Positions 37,816 through 49,900 of a stretch of DNA of 64,000 bases are shown here, piece by piece. The first letter of the stretch is position 1, and each line of letters starts with the position of its first letter. The DNA lies in the NCBI GenBank assembly GCA_965198175.1, contig OZ240245.1:64001-128000 (forward strand), in the 5' to 3' direction. The notes under the pieces were generated by a model, which worked only from the letters and a program-made list of their open reading frames with translations, did not search any database and was not told the origin of the DNA. A program made the translations under genes and the position numbers. This stretch comes from Candidatus Poribacteria bacterium (lineage in GTDB: Bacteria; Poribacteria; WGA-4E; PCPOR2b).

Positions 37816-38898
37816 ATGGCATGGGAAGCGGAAAAGCCGATACGCGTTGCGATTGTCGGTGTCGGCAACTGCACGAGTGCCCTTATCCAGGGACTCGCGT
37901 ATTATCGAAAATTTGGCGCAGATGCGCCAGGGCTCATGAACGTTGATATCGGTGGCTACAAGGTCACCGACATTATACCGGTGGCAGCCTTTGATATTGA
38001 TGCCCGACGGGTCGGACTAGACTTATCACAAGCGATTTTTTCCGGATCGAATATCGCCTATCACTACCCCGATGTAGATGTCCCAAGCTGCGGTGTCGAG
38101 GTCCACATGGGTCCACCGTTGGATGGTATCAGTTCCGCATTGTCGGACTTTGTAGAAGTTTCCGACCAACCGGCGGTGAATGTCGCGCAAATTCTACGGG
38201 ACAGTGGAGCAGAGATGCTACTGAACTTCTTGCCGACCGCTTCAGCAGAGGCGGCGAGATTTTACGCTGATGCTGCTATCAAAGAGGCTCAAATTGGGTT
38301 TATCAATGGAATGCCGGAACTAATTGTCTGCGATCCCGCCTACCAGCAAGCTTCCATCGAAAATGGTGTCCCGTTGATAGGCGACGATGTGAAGAGCCAG
38401 CTTGGCGGTACGGCTATCCACCGGGCATTGCTTCAACTGTTGCGAGCGAGAGGTATCCACGTCAAACGTACCTATCAGGTAAACTACGCTGGCAATACCG
38501 ATTTTTACAACCTCGTCAACCGGGGGCAGTCGAAGCACAAGACCAAGCGAGAAGCTCTTGAAACCCTGGTTTCTTCGGATTCAGAAATCTCGACCGGGTT
38601 TTCCTACGTTGACTTCATGGGAGACCGTAAAACCGCACTTTTCTATGTTGATGCCAGTAACTATGGAGATGCGCCGCTGCACTTCGAAGCCAAATTGGAG
38701 GTTGAAGACAGTGCAAACTTTGGCGGCGTAATGGTAGACATGATTCGATACATGAAGCTGGCGCTCGATCGCGGGACTTCGGGAATACTCCATGCCGCAT
38801 CCGCCTGGTTGACCAAGCATCCACCAATAACGGTAGACGACGACTCTCTCGCCGTTCAGCAGTTGAACGAATTCGTCACTGGACAACGAGAGCGATAA
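37816..38898 (+). CDS. ino1: myo-Inositol-1-phosphate synthase
   Basis: IRVAIVGVGNC.SAL, IGDDVKSQLG, YQVNYAGNTDF, GDRK, LEVEDSAN. Confidence 0.9.
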   Translation: MAWEAEKPIRVAIVGVGNCTSALIQGLAYYRKFGADAPGLMNVDIGGYKVTDIIPVAAFDIDARRVGLDLSQAIFSGSNIAYHYPDVDVPSCGVEVHMGPPLDGISSALSDFVEVSDQPAVNVAQILRDSGAEMLLNFLPTASAEAARFYADAAIKEAQIGFINGMPELIVCDPAYQQASIENGVPLIGDDVKSQLGGTAIHRALLQLLRARGIHVKRTYQVNYAGNTDFYNLVNRGQSKHKTKREALETLVSSDSEISTGFSYVDFMGDRKTALFYVDASNYGDAPLHFEAKLEVEDSANFGGVMVDMIRYMKLALDRGTSGILHAASAWLTKHPPITVDDDSLAVQQLNEFVTGQRER

Positions 38899-39771
38899 AT
38901 AGCACAAGTCTCCTACCTTCAATCGGGGTTACGCGGGCCGATAAGGCGGAGCGGTGGGAGGCACTAACTATACTAAGGGTTACTCAGCCAATAAAGTTAC
39001 ACACCGGTTGAGCTGGCGATTTCAACCGAAATTTTCAAGAAGGCTGCTTGGGTAGAGAATTGGGCGATTTTCAACCCAACTTCCTCAGTTCTTAAGATTC
39101 ATCGTTGACCTCCCTTCTCTTAATTCGAAGACATTCTTTAAATTAACACATTCTCAGCCGTCTTCATCTGAACGCTTCCCTGCCACCGAATTGAAATTGA
39201 ATTGTATCCCCTCTATGCATCTACAAATCTTTTTGGTTGAAATTGGCGGGTTTATCTGGTACATTATATGGTAACGGTTTAATATCGAAATTTTCAGATC
39301 GTATCTTTCTGGATCGGATTATCCGATACAACCGTCACGACTATCTTTCTGGGCATGGCGATTACTGGCATCAAGAATCTTGTTGTTGCTTGTCTCACGG
39401 ATTATTGTTAGTATCAGGCATAAGGGAGGGGTTGACTACCGCCTCAAAAACGTCGCAATCGAATGTTCCGGTAAATGCGAGTCAAACTCGAACGTAGCGT
39501 TGTCTGAATTAAGGGTCACGTCGTCGTGTGAGGAAACTTCAGAACAGCTAAACCAAACCCCGGCGGATTTCGTTTTTTATAACAGAAACACACAACGGAT
39601 TTCATCACTTCAGAATCGAATATCTAAATCGACATAAACCTCCAACCCTTCTCTCGAACTTATCCTTGTTCCTGCTTTCCAATTAAGCTTAGTAGAATAG
39701 CAATTCAGTTCAGTCGACATCTTGATGAGTTCTCAACGAAAGACTCTTAACAAAGAGGAGAATTTCGAACC

Positions 39772-40692
39772 ATGTCCAATGGTGATGCTGATAACACCGA
39801 GGAGTTTCGATATAAAGCAGATTCCTTGAAGTCGAATTCGCTAGATCAGGAACATAAGCGTCCAATCTCTGCAGTTCAGCCGATATTAGATCGACGACAG
39901 ATAAAGGGGAATCGCGCGTCTAAATCTCTTGCATGGACTGTTTCTCTTGTTTTTCACTTATTCGTAGCGCTGTTTGCCGGGTTACACATTGCCCAAAATG
40001 TAGCGATTGACGATGATGATGCGGTGGTAGCCAACATTTTGCGAGCGGAGGACATTCCTAAAAAACGTCGTCTTCGCCAACGGGTAGTCAAGAAGATTGT
40101 ACCCGATGTACAGCGGACTCAGACGATACAACCCCGGCGGCCAATAACAAAAGTGCAAATTTCACCCGGCGATGGAGCGCTTACGATTCCTTCAGATAGT
40201 CTTGAAATTGACTCATCTGATGCACCTCCGGTTATACCGAGGCTTGAAAGACCGCCAGTATCTGGAGGGCTTCGCCCAAACATTGAAACTAAGATACCGA
40301 AGATTGCGCCCACCAGGGCTGACAAACCACAAATTCTTGACAAGTTTGAGACAGTAATCACGCAGGTAGAGCTCGAGCTAGAAGAACTTGTCGATGTACC
40401 AATCGTGGACACAAACGATAATACAAAGCCACCTAAGTCTCTCCATAAACGCAAGCCCAAGTACCCGGAAGCTGCTCGTCGTGCCGGAAAGGAAGGGGTT
40501 GTGCGGTTAGAAGCGACGATTGGTACCGACGGTAAAGCGAAAGATATTAAGGTTATCGAGGGAATCGGATTTGGCTGCGACGAAGCCGCGATTGAGGCGC
40601 TAAAGAAGTCACGGTTTACTCCAGCCGAAAAAGACGGTAAACCGGTGGATAGGCGTATAATTATTCCGTATCGGTTCAAGATTGAGGATTAA
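39772..40692 (+). CDS. tonB: TonB-family energy transducer
   Basis: TM SLVFH motif, Pro-rich linker, PKYPEAARRAGKEGVV...FTPA..DGKPV C-domain. Confidence 0.85.
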   Translation: MSNGDADNTEEFRYKADSLKSNSLDQEHKRPISAVQPILDRRQIKGNRASKSLAWTVSLVFHLFVALFAGLHIAQNVAIDDDDAVVANILRAEDIPKKRRLRQRVVKKIVPDVQRTQTIQPRRPITKVQISPGDGALTIPSDSLEIDSSDAPPVIPRLERPPVSGGLRPNIETKIPKIAPTRADKPQILDKFETVITQVELELEELVDVPIVDTNDNTKPPKSLHKRKPKYPEAARRAGKEGVVRLEATIGTDGKAKDIKVIEGIGFGCDEAAIEALKKSRFTPAEKDGKPVDRRIIIPYRFKIED

Positions 40693-40739
40693 GAATTCTC
40701 AGATAAGTATGCAGGAATAGGAACTTCCATATCTCCGAA

Positions 40740-41549
40740 TTGACGCGATACGTAACAGCGATCGTCGCTCTGTTTCTTGTTCTGTCTCTTAGCCCCTCGG
40801 CAGAATTTCCGTTTGAAACTGCACGTCCGCTGTACGTCGGTGCGAGAGCTTTGGGAATGGGAAACGCATTTACGGCAATCGCAGACGACGCAACAGCAGG
40901 TTTCTGGAATCCTGCTGGATTGATACAGGGGCAAGGGGTTAAAATATTCGGTGCCAACAAATTTCACAACCGAAACGATTATGCCTTCGATCCAAAAGGA
41001 ATTGGCTACACCTATCGTGGGTATGGGTTGTTCTGGGGAAACAAGATTGCATTGGGGGTTGAATCGGGAACTCCTGATTTCAATTACTACTCATTTGCCC
41101 GTCAGATTAACGCCTACAGCGCTATTGGCACCAGTATCAAATTCAAGCGCAAACACCCAAGTGAACGTTATCAATTCTTCGGTACCCAGCCCTCCTACGA
41201 TTTTGCCCTGCTAATCAAACCTTACACTAATCTGAAATTTGGACTTCTCGCTCAGCATCTTCCTAACCGGTCCAGCATCCAATGGTTGACGCTCGGCGTA
41301 GCATATCGCTGGCGGGAATTGTTGTTAGCTTGCGATACTGCACTGCCGGAATTGCATCTTCGCCGGGCGGATTTCTACCTTGGGGCTGAGTGGAGGTCAG
41401 TTTCATTTCTGCGCGTGCGGGGAGGACTGTCAGATCAGCATTGGACGTTTGGGCTTGGTTTGGATTGGAAGCAGGTTAAGGTTGACTACGGGCGCATTCA
41501 TGAAAGCAATTTTGCATCAGATTTTATCTCAGCGGAACTACGGTTTTGA
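40740..41549 (+). CDS. PorV/FadL-like outer-membrane beta-barrel
   Basis: Signal peptide, GARALGMGNAFTAIADDATAGFWNPAGL, terminal Phe. Confidence 0.75.
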   Translation: MTRYVTAIVALFLVLSLSPSAEFPFETARPLYVGARALGMGNAFTAIADDATAGFWNPAGLIQGQGVKIFGANKFHNRNDYAFDPKGIGYTYRGYGLFWGNKIALGVESGTPDFNYYSFARQINAYSAIGTSIKFKRKHPSERYQFFGTQPSYDFALLIKPYTNLKFGLLAQHLPNRSSIQWLTLGVAYRWRELLLACDTALPELHLRRADFYLGAEWRSVSFLRVRGGLSDQHWTFGLGLDWKQVKVDYGRIHESNFASDFISAELRF

Positions 41550-41732
41550 TTGTCCGGACAAAATTAAATCTGGATTTCCAGCCTTGAAGTCCGCGAGTAA
41601 AAATTAGGTTTGTTTTGAATTTTCCACTCCAAACGGAGTGAAGTAAAGATTCGGTGTATCTTGCCACAGCACATAAAGAAAAAATGATCTAGGCGGGGCT
41701 TTCTCAATTAAGAAATAGGAGAATTTGGAAAA

Positions 41733-43595
41733 ATGTCCAACAACGACACTGAACATACCCAGGAGTTTGAATATAAGGCTGAGATGAAACAACTCCTTCA
41801 TCTCATTGTACACTCGCTCTACACGCATCCCGAAGTTTTTCTTCGCGAGCTGATTTCCAATGCGTCCGACGCTTTGAACAAAGTTCGTTTCCAACAACTG
41901 ACAGATCGCAATATTTTGAACCCTGATGTTCCGCTGCGGATTAACATTGCCCTTGACTCGAAGCAACAGACATTTTCCATCACGGATTCGGGCATCGGTA
42001 TGACAAAAGCTGACCTGATTGACAGAATCGGCACCGTAGCAAGCTCAGGAACGCTAGAGTTTTTTCAGAGATTAAAGACTGAGAACAAGCCGTTCGATGG
42101 CAATCTGATAGGTCAGTTCGGTATCGGTTTTTATTCGGTGTTCATGGCAACTGATAAAGTGACGATTCAGACTCGCCATGCCGATTCAGACTCAAACGGA
42201 TACCAGTGGGAGTCGACCGGCGAGGGAAAATTCACGATTGAGGAAATCCCCCTCGAAGAGAGAGGCACGAAGATTTTCTTTAAACTGAAGGACGACGCTA
42301 AGGATTTCAGCGAAGACTATCGAGTTAAGGAGGTCATCAAGAGATACTCCAACTTTGCGGACTTTCCGATCTTTGTCGGCGGCGAGGAAGTGAATACAAT
42401 TAGTGCCTTATGGCATAAGAACAAGAATGAGATAACAGACGAAGAGCGAGACGAGTTTTATAAGTTTATTTCCAACGATTACAATCCGCCGCTTGGTCAT
42501 CTGCACCTGTCAATTGAAGGACGAGTGAGTTTTAAAGCTTTAATTTTTATACCTGACACCGCGCCGATTAACTTTTTGAGAGTGGAAGATTTGAGGTCGC
42601 TGCACCTGTATTCCACCAGAATCTTTATCCAGGATGATTGTAAAGAACTGCTTCCTGAATACCTGCATTTTGTTTCGGGGGTGGTGGATACCGAAGATTT
42701 ACCCCTAAATGTATCCCGCGAGGTGACACAGTCCAGCCCAGTCATGGCGAAAATTAGGGAGGTGTTAACAGGCAGAATTCTTTCGCTGTTAGAAGACTGG
42801 ACGAAAAATGAACCGGAAAAATATGAGAAGTTTTTTGGGAACTTTGGGCTGCTCTTTAAGACAGGAGTCGGTTCGGATTTCACCAACAGAGACCGACTGA
42901 TTGACCTTTTACGATTTGAGACCTCCAAGGCCGAAAAAGGGAAGTTCACTTCTTTAAAGGAATATGTCGCCAGTATGCCAGAGGATCAGACGGAGATTTA
43001 TTACCTCTCAGGCGACAACAGAGAAGCAGTTGAACGAAACCCAAGTTTAGAATATTTCAGAAAAAATGACATTGAAGTACTGTTTTTCGTCGATGCTGCC
43101 GATATCTTCAACATTCCTCATCTTCACGAGTATGACGGTAAGCCGCTGAAGAGCATCGAAAACGCGGATATCGATCTCAAGCCGGACGAGGAGAGCCTTA
43201 GCGATACTCTATCCGATGATGATATAAAATCGCTGATTTCTTTTTTCAAAGAAACGCTTGGTGATAAGGTGGAGGATGTGATTACCTCCAAAAGGCTGGT
43301 TGATTCGGCTGTAACCCTGGTTGTTGGCGCAAGCGGCATGGACAGGCAGATGGAACGGATGATGAAAATGATGGGTGGGCAGTTTGACGAATCCAAGAAA
43401 ATCTTGGAGATTAACCCTGCTCATCCGTTGATTAAAAATTTGGCGCAGCTTCACCGGAGCAAAAGCGACGAGGCAATTCTTAAAAGCTGCACCTTACAAC
43501 TTTATGAAGGAGCGTTGTTAACTGATGGAAATATGGAAACTCCGACTGACTTTGTCGCCCGGATGACGGATATTATGGAACAGGCAACGCGATGA
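41733..43595 (+). CDS. htpG: Chaperone HtpG (Hsp90)
   Basis: FLRELISNASDA, DSGIGMT, IGQFGIGFYSVF, DLPLNVSRE, ILEINPAHPLI. Confidence 0.97.
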   Translation: MSNNDTEHTQEFEYKAEMKQLLHLIVHSLYTHPEVFLRELISNASDALNKVRFQQLTDRNILNPDVPLRINIALDSKQQTFSITDSGIGMTKADLIDRIGTVASSGTLEFFQRLKTENKPFDGNLIGQFGIGFYSVFMATDKVTIQTRHADSDSNGYQWESTGEGKFTIEEIPLEERGTKIFFKLKDDAKDFSEDYRVKEVIKRYSNFADFPIFVGGEEVNTISALWHKNKNEITDEERDEFYKFISNDYNPPLGHLHLSIEGRVSFKALIFIPDTAPINFLRVEDLRSLHLYSTRIFIQDDCKELLPEYLHFVSGVVDTEDLPLNVSREVTQSSPVMAKIREVLTGRILSLLEDWTKNEPEKYEKFFGNFGLLFKTGVGSDFTNRDRLIDLLRFETSKAEKGKFTSLKEYVASMPEDQTEIYYLSGDNREAVERNPSLEYFRKNDIEVLFFVDAADIFNIPHLHEYDGKPLKSIENADIDLKPDEESLSDTLSDDDIKSLISFFKETLGDKVEDVITSKRLVDSAVTLVVGASGMDRQMERMMKMMGGQFDESKKILEINPAHPLIKNLAQLHRSKSDEAILKSCTLQLYEGALLTDGNMETPTDFVARMTDIMEQATR

Positions 43596-43999
43596 TTCCG
43601 AATCCTTCGTAGTCGAATAGACAGCAGTCTGTGCAGGACTCGGCGAAGGTGACATGCCATACCGCTTTTGGTCGGATGCATCACATCGAGATGTCTCTAT
43701 TAGGTTTACGATTTTTGATCGATTGTCCTAATGGGATTCACATGCATGCCAATTATTTACGCGAAAATAACGATGCAACATTGAAAAGAGTTGGTACGGA
43801 ACTGGCGCTATCTTCCTTTTACGAATAGGGATGAAGGTGCTTCCCTGTATACGCCACATATATTAAACCGGAGGTAGTCTGCTTTACGTCGTGGATGGCT
43901 AGTCGTGTCCACACACGAGGCGTTTATGTTGTGTTTCGTTCACATGAAAATCCTATGGCTCGAAGCATCTGTGGTGAATTGTCTAAAGCGAGCATTGCC

Positions 44000-46900
44000 A
44001 TGTCTGAACAGAAAAGGAAAAAAATAGCTTGTATTGTATGCCTCTTGTGGCTTGCACTTCTACCGTCATCAACGGTCTTCGCTCAGAACGAAGACGGCGA
44101 AGACAAAGCCATCGAACGCTACAAGCAGATGCTTGAGCGCAAGCCGAAAGCGGGAAGCACATTCGACCGCTTGTACCAATTCTACCTCGAAGGCGCCGGC
44201 TTGGACAACATGGTCGCCGATTATCAGACAGCAGCACTAGCCAACCCGAACAACCCAAACCTTCAGTTGATTCTAGGGCACATCTACAAACGGCTCGGTA
44301 AGGATAACGAGACCGTCGCAGCGTATCAGCGCGCTGTTGAACTCGCCCCGAACAACTACTATCCTCACTTTGCACTTGGACAGGCGTATGCCACGCTTCG
44401 CCAGTACGAGAACGCAATTGCCGCATTGACACAGGCAGTTGAATACGCAACAGAATCGAAGTCTGCCACGCTCGATGACCTGACCGCGCTCTATAAAACC
44501 CTCGGACGCGCATATTTCAGCAGAGACCGTGTGGACGACGCTATTTTGGCGTGGGCAAAAATCTCCGAACTTGAACCGGACAACATCTTCGCTCGCATCG
44601 AACTCGCTGACCTGTTCCGTGAGCAAGAACTATACGCCCAAGCCATCGAACAGCATGAGGTGATTATTCAACTCAAAACAGATGACCCCTACCGTGTGTG
44701 TCTGAGTCGTCGGGAAATTGGGAAGATTCAGGAAGAGAAGGGAGATCATGCAGGCGCCATCCAAAGTTACGACGCTGCACTCGCGTTGACGGGACAGGGC
44801 AATTGGCTGCGGAAAGACCTTCAGCGCCGTGTGATTGAAATCTACGCCGTCGCTGGAGATTGGGATGGACTGATTGGATACTATCAGAAAAAACTGGCGG
44901 ATACCCCGAACGACCCGGAATTGACGAGCTTATTGGCAGACGCATACCTTGAAAATGAGCAGGTAGATGAAGGCATAGCGCAATATCGAAAAAGCGTCGA
45001 ACTTGCCCCGACATCTGCGCCGCTTCGGCAGAAGCTCATAGCTGCCCTGCGCCGCGCCGAAAAGTTTGCAGAAGCCGCCGCCGAATACGAAACGCTCACC
45101 GTTCAGTTGCCGGATGATTTTGGGATTTACCGGTCACTTGGCGCGCTTTATCTCCAACTTGAACAACCTGCTCGTGCGCGTATCGTTTATGAACGGATGC
45201 TTGCCCGCGATCCCGAAAATGCCAGCACACACCTCACGCTCGCCGAAATTTACACAGAACACGAGTGGTCTGGTGAGGCAGTCGCTGCCTATGAAAAAGC
45301 GATTGCGCTTGCCCCAACGAATTTGGACTATATCGAATATCTCGGCGAATTTTACTTCCGTCGAGGCGATCGCGAGAAAGCACTTGAAACTTGGAATCGG
45401 CTTGTCGTGGGAGAGCGAGCTGCCGCTCAGAATTTTGAACGGCTTGCTCAACTACTCCATGCCAAAGATTTCCAAGTGGAGGCAGTCGCTGCCAGTCGTA
45501 AAGCTGTGGAACTTGCTCCAACTGAATATCGGTACAGAGAAATGTTAGGCAAGCAGTTGATGGAAGCCGAGAACTTCGATGCGGCGATAACCCAGTTTGC
45601 TGAGGCGGCAAAGTATGCCCCCAGCGACTTCTTCACAGAGCAGATGGCAGCACAACAGATTGAAGTTTATCGGCGACAGGGAGTTTTGGGCGACAAAATT
45701 GCCGAATTGGAAGCACAGCCGCAAAGTTTCAGCGGACAAAAGTTGCTTGCAAAGATGTATCTGAAATTGAGGAATACCACCGCTGCCATCGCGGCTCTGG
45801 AGAAGGCGTTATTGCTCAACCCTGACGACATTCCTGTCAATCGGTCACTTGCCGAGATTTACGCACAACTCAGACAGCATGAAAACGCCAAAGCAGTATA
45901 TGCCCGCCTCATCACCCTTGATAACAGCAACGCCCGCGAATACCATGCTAATCTGGCGCGTTTACTCTTAAATGTGATGGATTTCGATGCCGCTAAAGCG
46001 GCTGCCAAACAGGCGCTCGCGCATAGTCCACGCAATCCGGAAGGACACCAAATTCTTGCCGAAATCGCGCTGACGATGGGGGATTATCCGAGCGCGATTG
46101 AGAGTCTAAAGCAAGCGATTCGTCTCCGTCCGCAGGCAATAGAGATTCGTATGGAACTTGCAAAAGCCTATCAACTAGCAGACGATTTACGCCAAGCAGT
46201 TGAGCAGTATTGGCGGTGTTGGGAATTGAGCGATGACCTCGATAACAAACTCAGATTCATTAAGCCGCTGTCAGACACATACTATGTTATGGGACAGGAT
46301 CAGGAACTCACCGAAAGACTTCAGCAGATGTCAAAAGCAAATCCATCTGATATGACACTAGTGCTTGCATTGGCACGGCTGTATCGCATCAAAGGAGACC
46401 TTTCTGCTTCCAGAACACAGCTTGCCCGCGCGCTTGAACGGAACAGTGACAACAGCGAACTCCTGAGTCAATTAGTTGACATCAGCCTCAAGCTAGGAGA
46501 AATACAAGATGCCTTGACCTATCAACAGCAGCTCGTCGGGGTAGAGCCGGATGCGCACAATCAGCGACGCTTGGGCAAACTTCTATACGACCTCGGGCGT
46601 GAACAGGAGGCGGTGCAGGTGTGGACAAAACTGCTCCACGCAAAAAATCAACCATTAGAAGCAATGATGAAATTCGCGGAGTTGCTGATTCAATATAATC
46701 AACGTCCTTTGGCGTTCTCTACGCTTGACCGTATAGCGGAGCGTGCCCATAAGCCCCAATCTGTCTATCGACTCGGAGCTATCCTCGTTGAAATAGGAGA
46801 ATCAGAGCGTGCTCGCCGCTACTTTGAGCGCGTCCTGCAAATGCCCAGACCGCAATCACCCAAAAACGCCAGATTAACTTTGCAACCCTTCCCGTCGGTT

Positions 46901-49900
46901 CAATTCCTTTACCTTCACATCGTGCATATTGGCAACCGAATTGGACAGCAATTTCACGGTCATGGCGGACCAGGTCAAAGAATGTGGTTGCCGCAGAGTT
47001 TTGAAGATACACAAGTCGCTGCATTGGCACAGCTCATCCGGATGGCACGAGAGCATGATGAGTTGGAAAAATTCATCAGTGGTTTTGAAGCTGAGGCGGC
47101 AGCGAGTCCGAAAGACCTGCAACGGCTTGAGCGGCTGCTATATGTTTATATGCTGACGACTAACAAAAAAAAAGCAGTTGAGGTTGTCAACCGCTTGGCG
47201 ACGCTCTCGCCGTATGAACCTACGTATCGGAAAATGCAGTTTCAGTTCGTGATGTGGGATGGCAATCCCGACTACGAAACAGTTAAGGGATACCTGTCCC
47301 AAATCCCAGAAACCATTCCTCACGTGCGTCTCCAGTATACCGCACAGTTGGCGATGCGGTTCATCCAAATTCGTAAAACATCTGCCGCAGAGAAACTATT
47401 GGCACAATGCAAAAATGAGAAGCCGACTGACTTCACCACCGGAATAGAGTTAATCACTGCTTTCTCACGACTCGGAGACACCGAAACGGCGGAAAGGATG
47501 TTCTCGAATTTACCTTTGCTGTCGCCATTGCAAACCTCCGCACCTTTATCTGTCATGAATCGTCCTCAAATCTGGCGCCAATACACCAATGCACACCGAG
47601 CCCTTGCAGCAGCGCATATCGACAAAGGACAGACGAATAGGGCTATTGAGATAGTCTGGTCGCTATTCAAGCAGACACAGTCAAATGTCAACATGCCGCA
47701 TTGGATGGGTTCTTCGGCATACACCTCCTATCGTAACTATTCATCAGACCTCTTATTCCCTGCGCCGAATACCTACTTCGATCGCCATCGTTTTGAGTTG
47801 CTTCAGCGGCTATTCGGTTATCTGTGGTTGAAGGACCAACTCGATGCCCTGTATACCAAACTACAGATGGTGTTCGAACTTGGAACCGAACGGGAGCGCA
47901 TCCTCTCCGGACTGGCGCTGAGCTACTGCTATTGGTGGGAGGGCAGACGCGATGAATCGCAGCAACTGCTCAACACGCTGCAGGCAGAAAATAGCGGAGA
48001 TCTCACGCTGAAACGGCACATGCCCCTCGTTTTGATTCAGTCGGGGAAACAGGAGGCAGCGATTTCTCTACTAACGGAACTCGCTGAGGATGACCCGCGG
48101 AACCGCCAGCAATATAACAACCTCCGCTTTTTTCTTGCGGAGCGGAACGGAAATACGGCGCAACTCCGCGAGCTAGCCAAAGAGCTACTCAACTCACCGG
48201 CGAGCGTCCGTGAAATGATACAGTTTTCGCAGCAACTACATGAGATAGGGCTTACACAATACGCTATCGCTATCGCAAAAAAAGCAGCGGACCTTGCAAT
48301 TTGGCAAAACGACCTCAATTCCCTCAGTGAGCTAAGCCGGCGTCTCGAAACACTCGGTAGGGGACTCGATGCGACAATGCTCGCAAAGCACGTCGCGCGA
48401 TTCACGAAACTCACTGTCCGCCCCGGTCTAAGAAGACTTCCGCGAGGATACGTAACGCGTCTGACTCCAGAGGAGGCGCGTGAGCGTGAACCGCAGTTCG
48501 TTGAAGCTGTTGAAAGGCACCCGAATTCGTTCAAAGCGCTGGTAGAATTAGCGACGTTCTATGAAAACACAAACCAGAACAAAAAAGCCATACCGGTCCT
48601 CGCCAAAGCCGTTGATTTGCGCCCAAGAGATTCAAATCTCCGCAATCGCTATGCGGGGATGTTACAGCGTGACAAACAGTTGGACAAAGCAGTAGAACAG
48701 TATACTGTTTTGCTTAAAAATGATCTGGATTTTTTCCGCTATAGGAGCCATGGAAACGAGGCGCGTTCGCTTATAGAAATCTTCATGGAGGCTGGAAAAT
48801 TAAACGAACTCGTCGCCGTTGCAAGGGGGATGATTGACGCGTCTAGTGAAGGGTATGCAACCGAGTTTGTGCGAGCGGTAGCCTGGGAGTGTATGAATAA
48901 CAACGCTCCGAAAATTGCCGTTGAACTTTATGAAAAGTTGATTGCGGTGCGTCCAGGTATGCCGTATTTACGCCTCGGCCTCTCTCGCGCCTACGTCGCC
49001 GCGGGGGAACGCGACCGGGCGGTTGAGTGTATCCATAATGGATTAAATACAATTACCCAGCCCCAGTTGTCGACATACCATCCGCGTCTACTGCAGCGTC
49101 TCGTTTCAGAGCTGATTGAGTTGAACAGAGGGAGGGAAGCATACAATTCGTTTATCGCCGGATTAGAGGCGGAATTGGCATCAAAACCGGACAATCTGCC
49201 GTTGACTTGGCTCATTGCGTATATGTACATTAAGTCAAGACAGCTTGAGGCATCTGATTCACTTGTTGGAAAACTGTTTGGGAACAAACAGAACACTACC
49301 TATTCGGGCTTTGATTCAGAGTGGTTCACTACGCTTGCCGATGAGTACCGTCAAGCGGGAGACCACGACCGCCAAATGAAACTCCTTGAAGCAGTCGTTG
49401 AAAAATTAGAAGGTCAAACTTCCTTCTGGGATTTTGAGGGAGGTCGACTAGTTAACTCCCTCTACGAGATGTTAGGAGAAGCCTACGTCCAAAATAGTGA
49501 AAAGGAAAAGGCGCGGCAACTCTTTCGCAAATTAGTACCTACACGTGTGGCACTATCTCGGTCGCACCGTGACGCTGAGAAGCAAAGCATCGCGCAGCTT
49601 TACATGCAACTTGAGATGTGGGACGACGCGGAAGCACTATTCACCGAGATTGCTAACAACGTCTTTGCGGATGTACATCGGAAAGAGCGCGCACAAAAGG
49701 AATTGACAAAAATTAGAAAGGAGCGGGGTGATTTGCCGGTATCGCAGCAACCTGTAGTGGAGGTCCAGGTAATGGACATCAGATTTCAACGCGAAAAAGC
49801 AGAACGGTATACGCGGACGGGCGAGCTTGAAAAAGCGGTGGAGATTTACAAGCAACTTATCGCAAGAATGCCCGAAGACCACAGATCAGTCGCTGCGCTA

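Noticed and set aside
38900..39770. Cobalamin riboswitch or small genes upstream of tonB
   Set aside because: No B12-box consensus seen; the ORFs are short and lack convincing RBS or motifs.
41733..44000. Giant TPRs as Hsp90 co-chaperones of the adjacent HtpG
   Set aside because: HtpG ends MEQATR with no EEVD motif and is cytoplasmic, whereas the TPR proteins have signal peptides.
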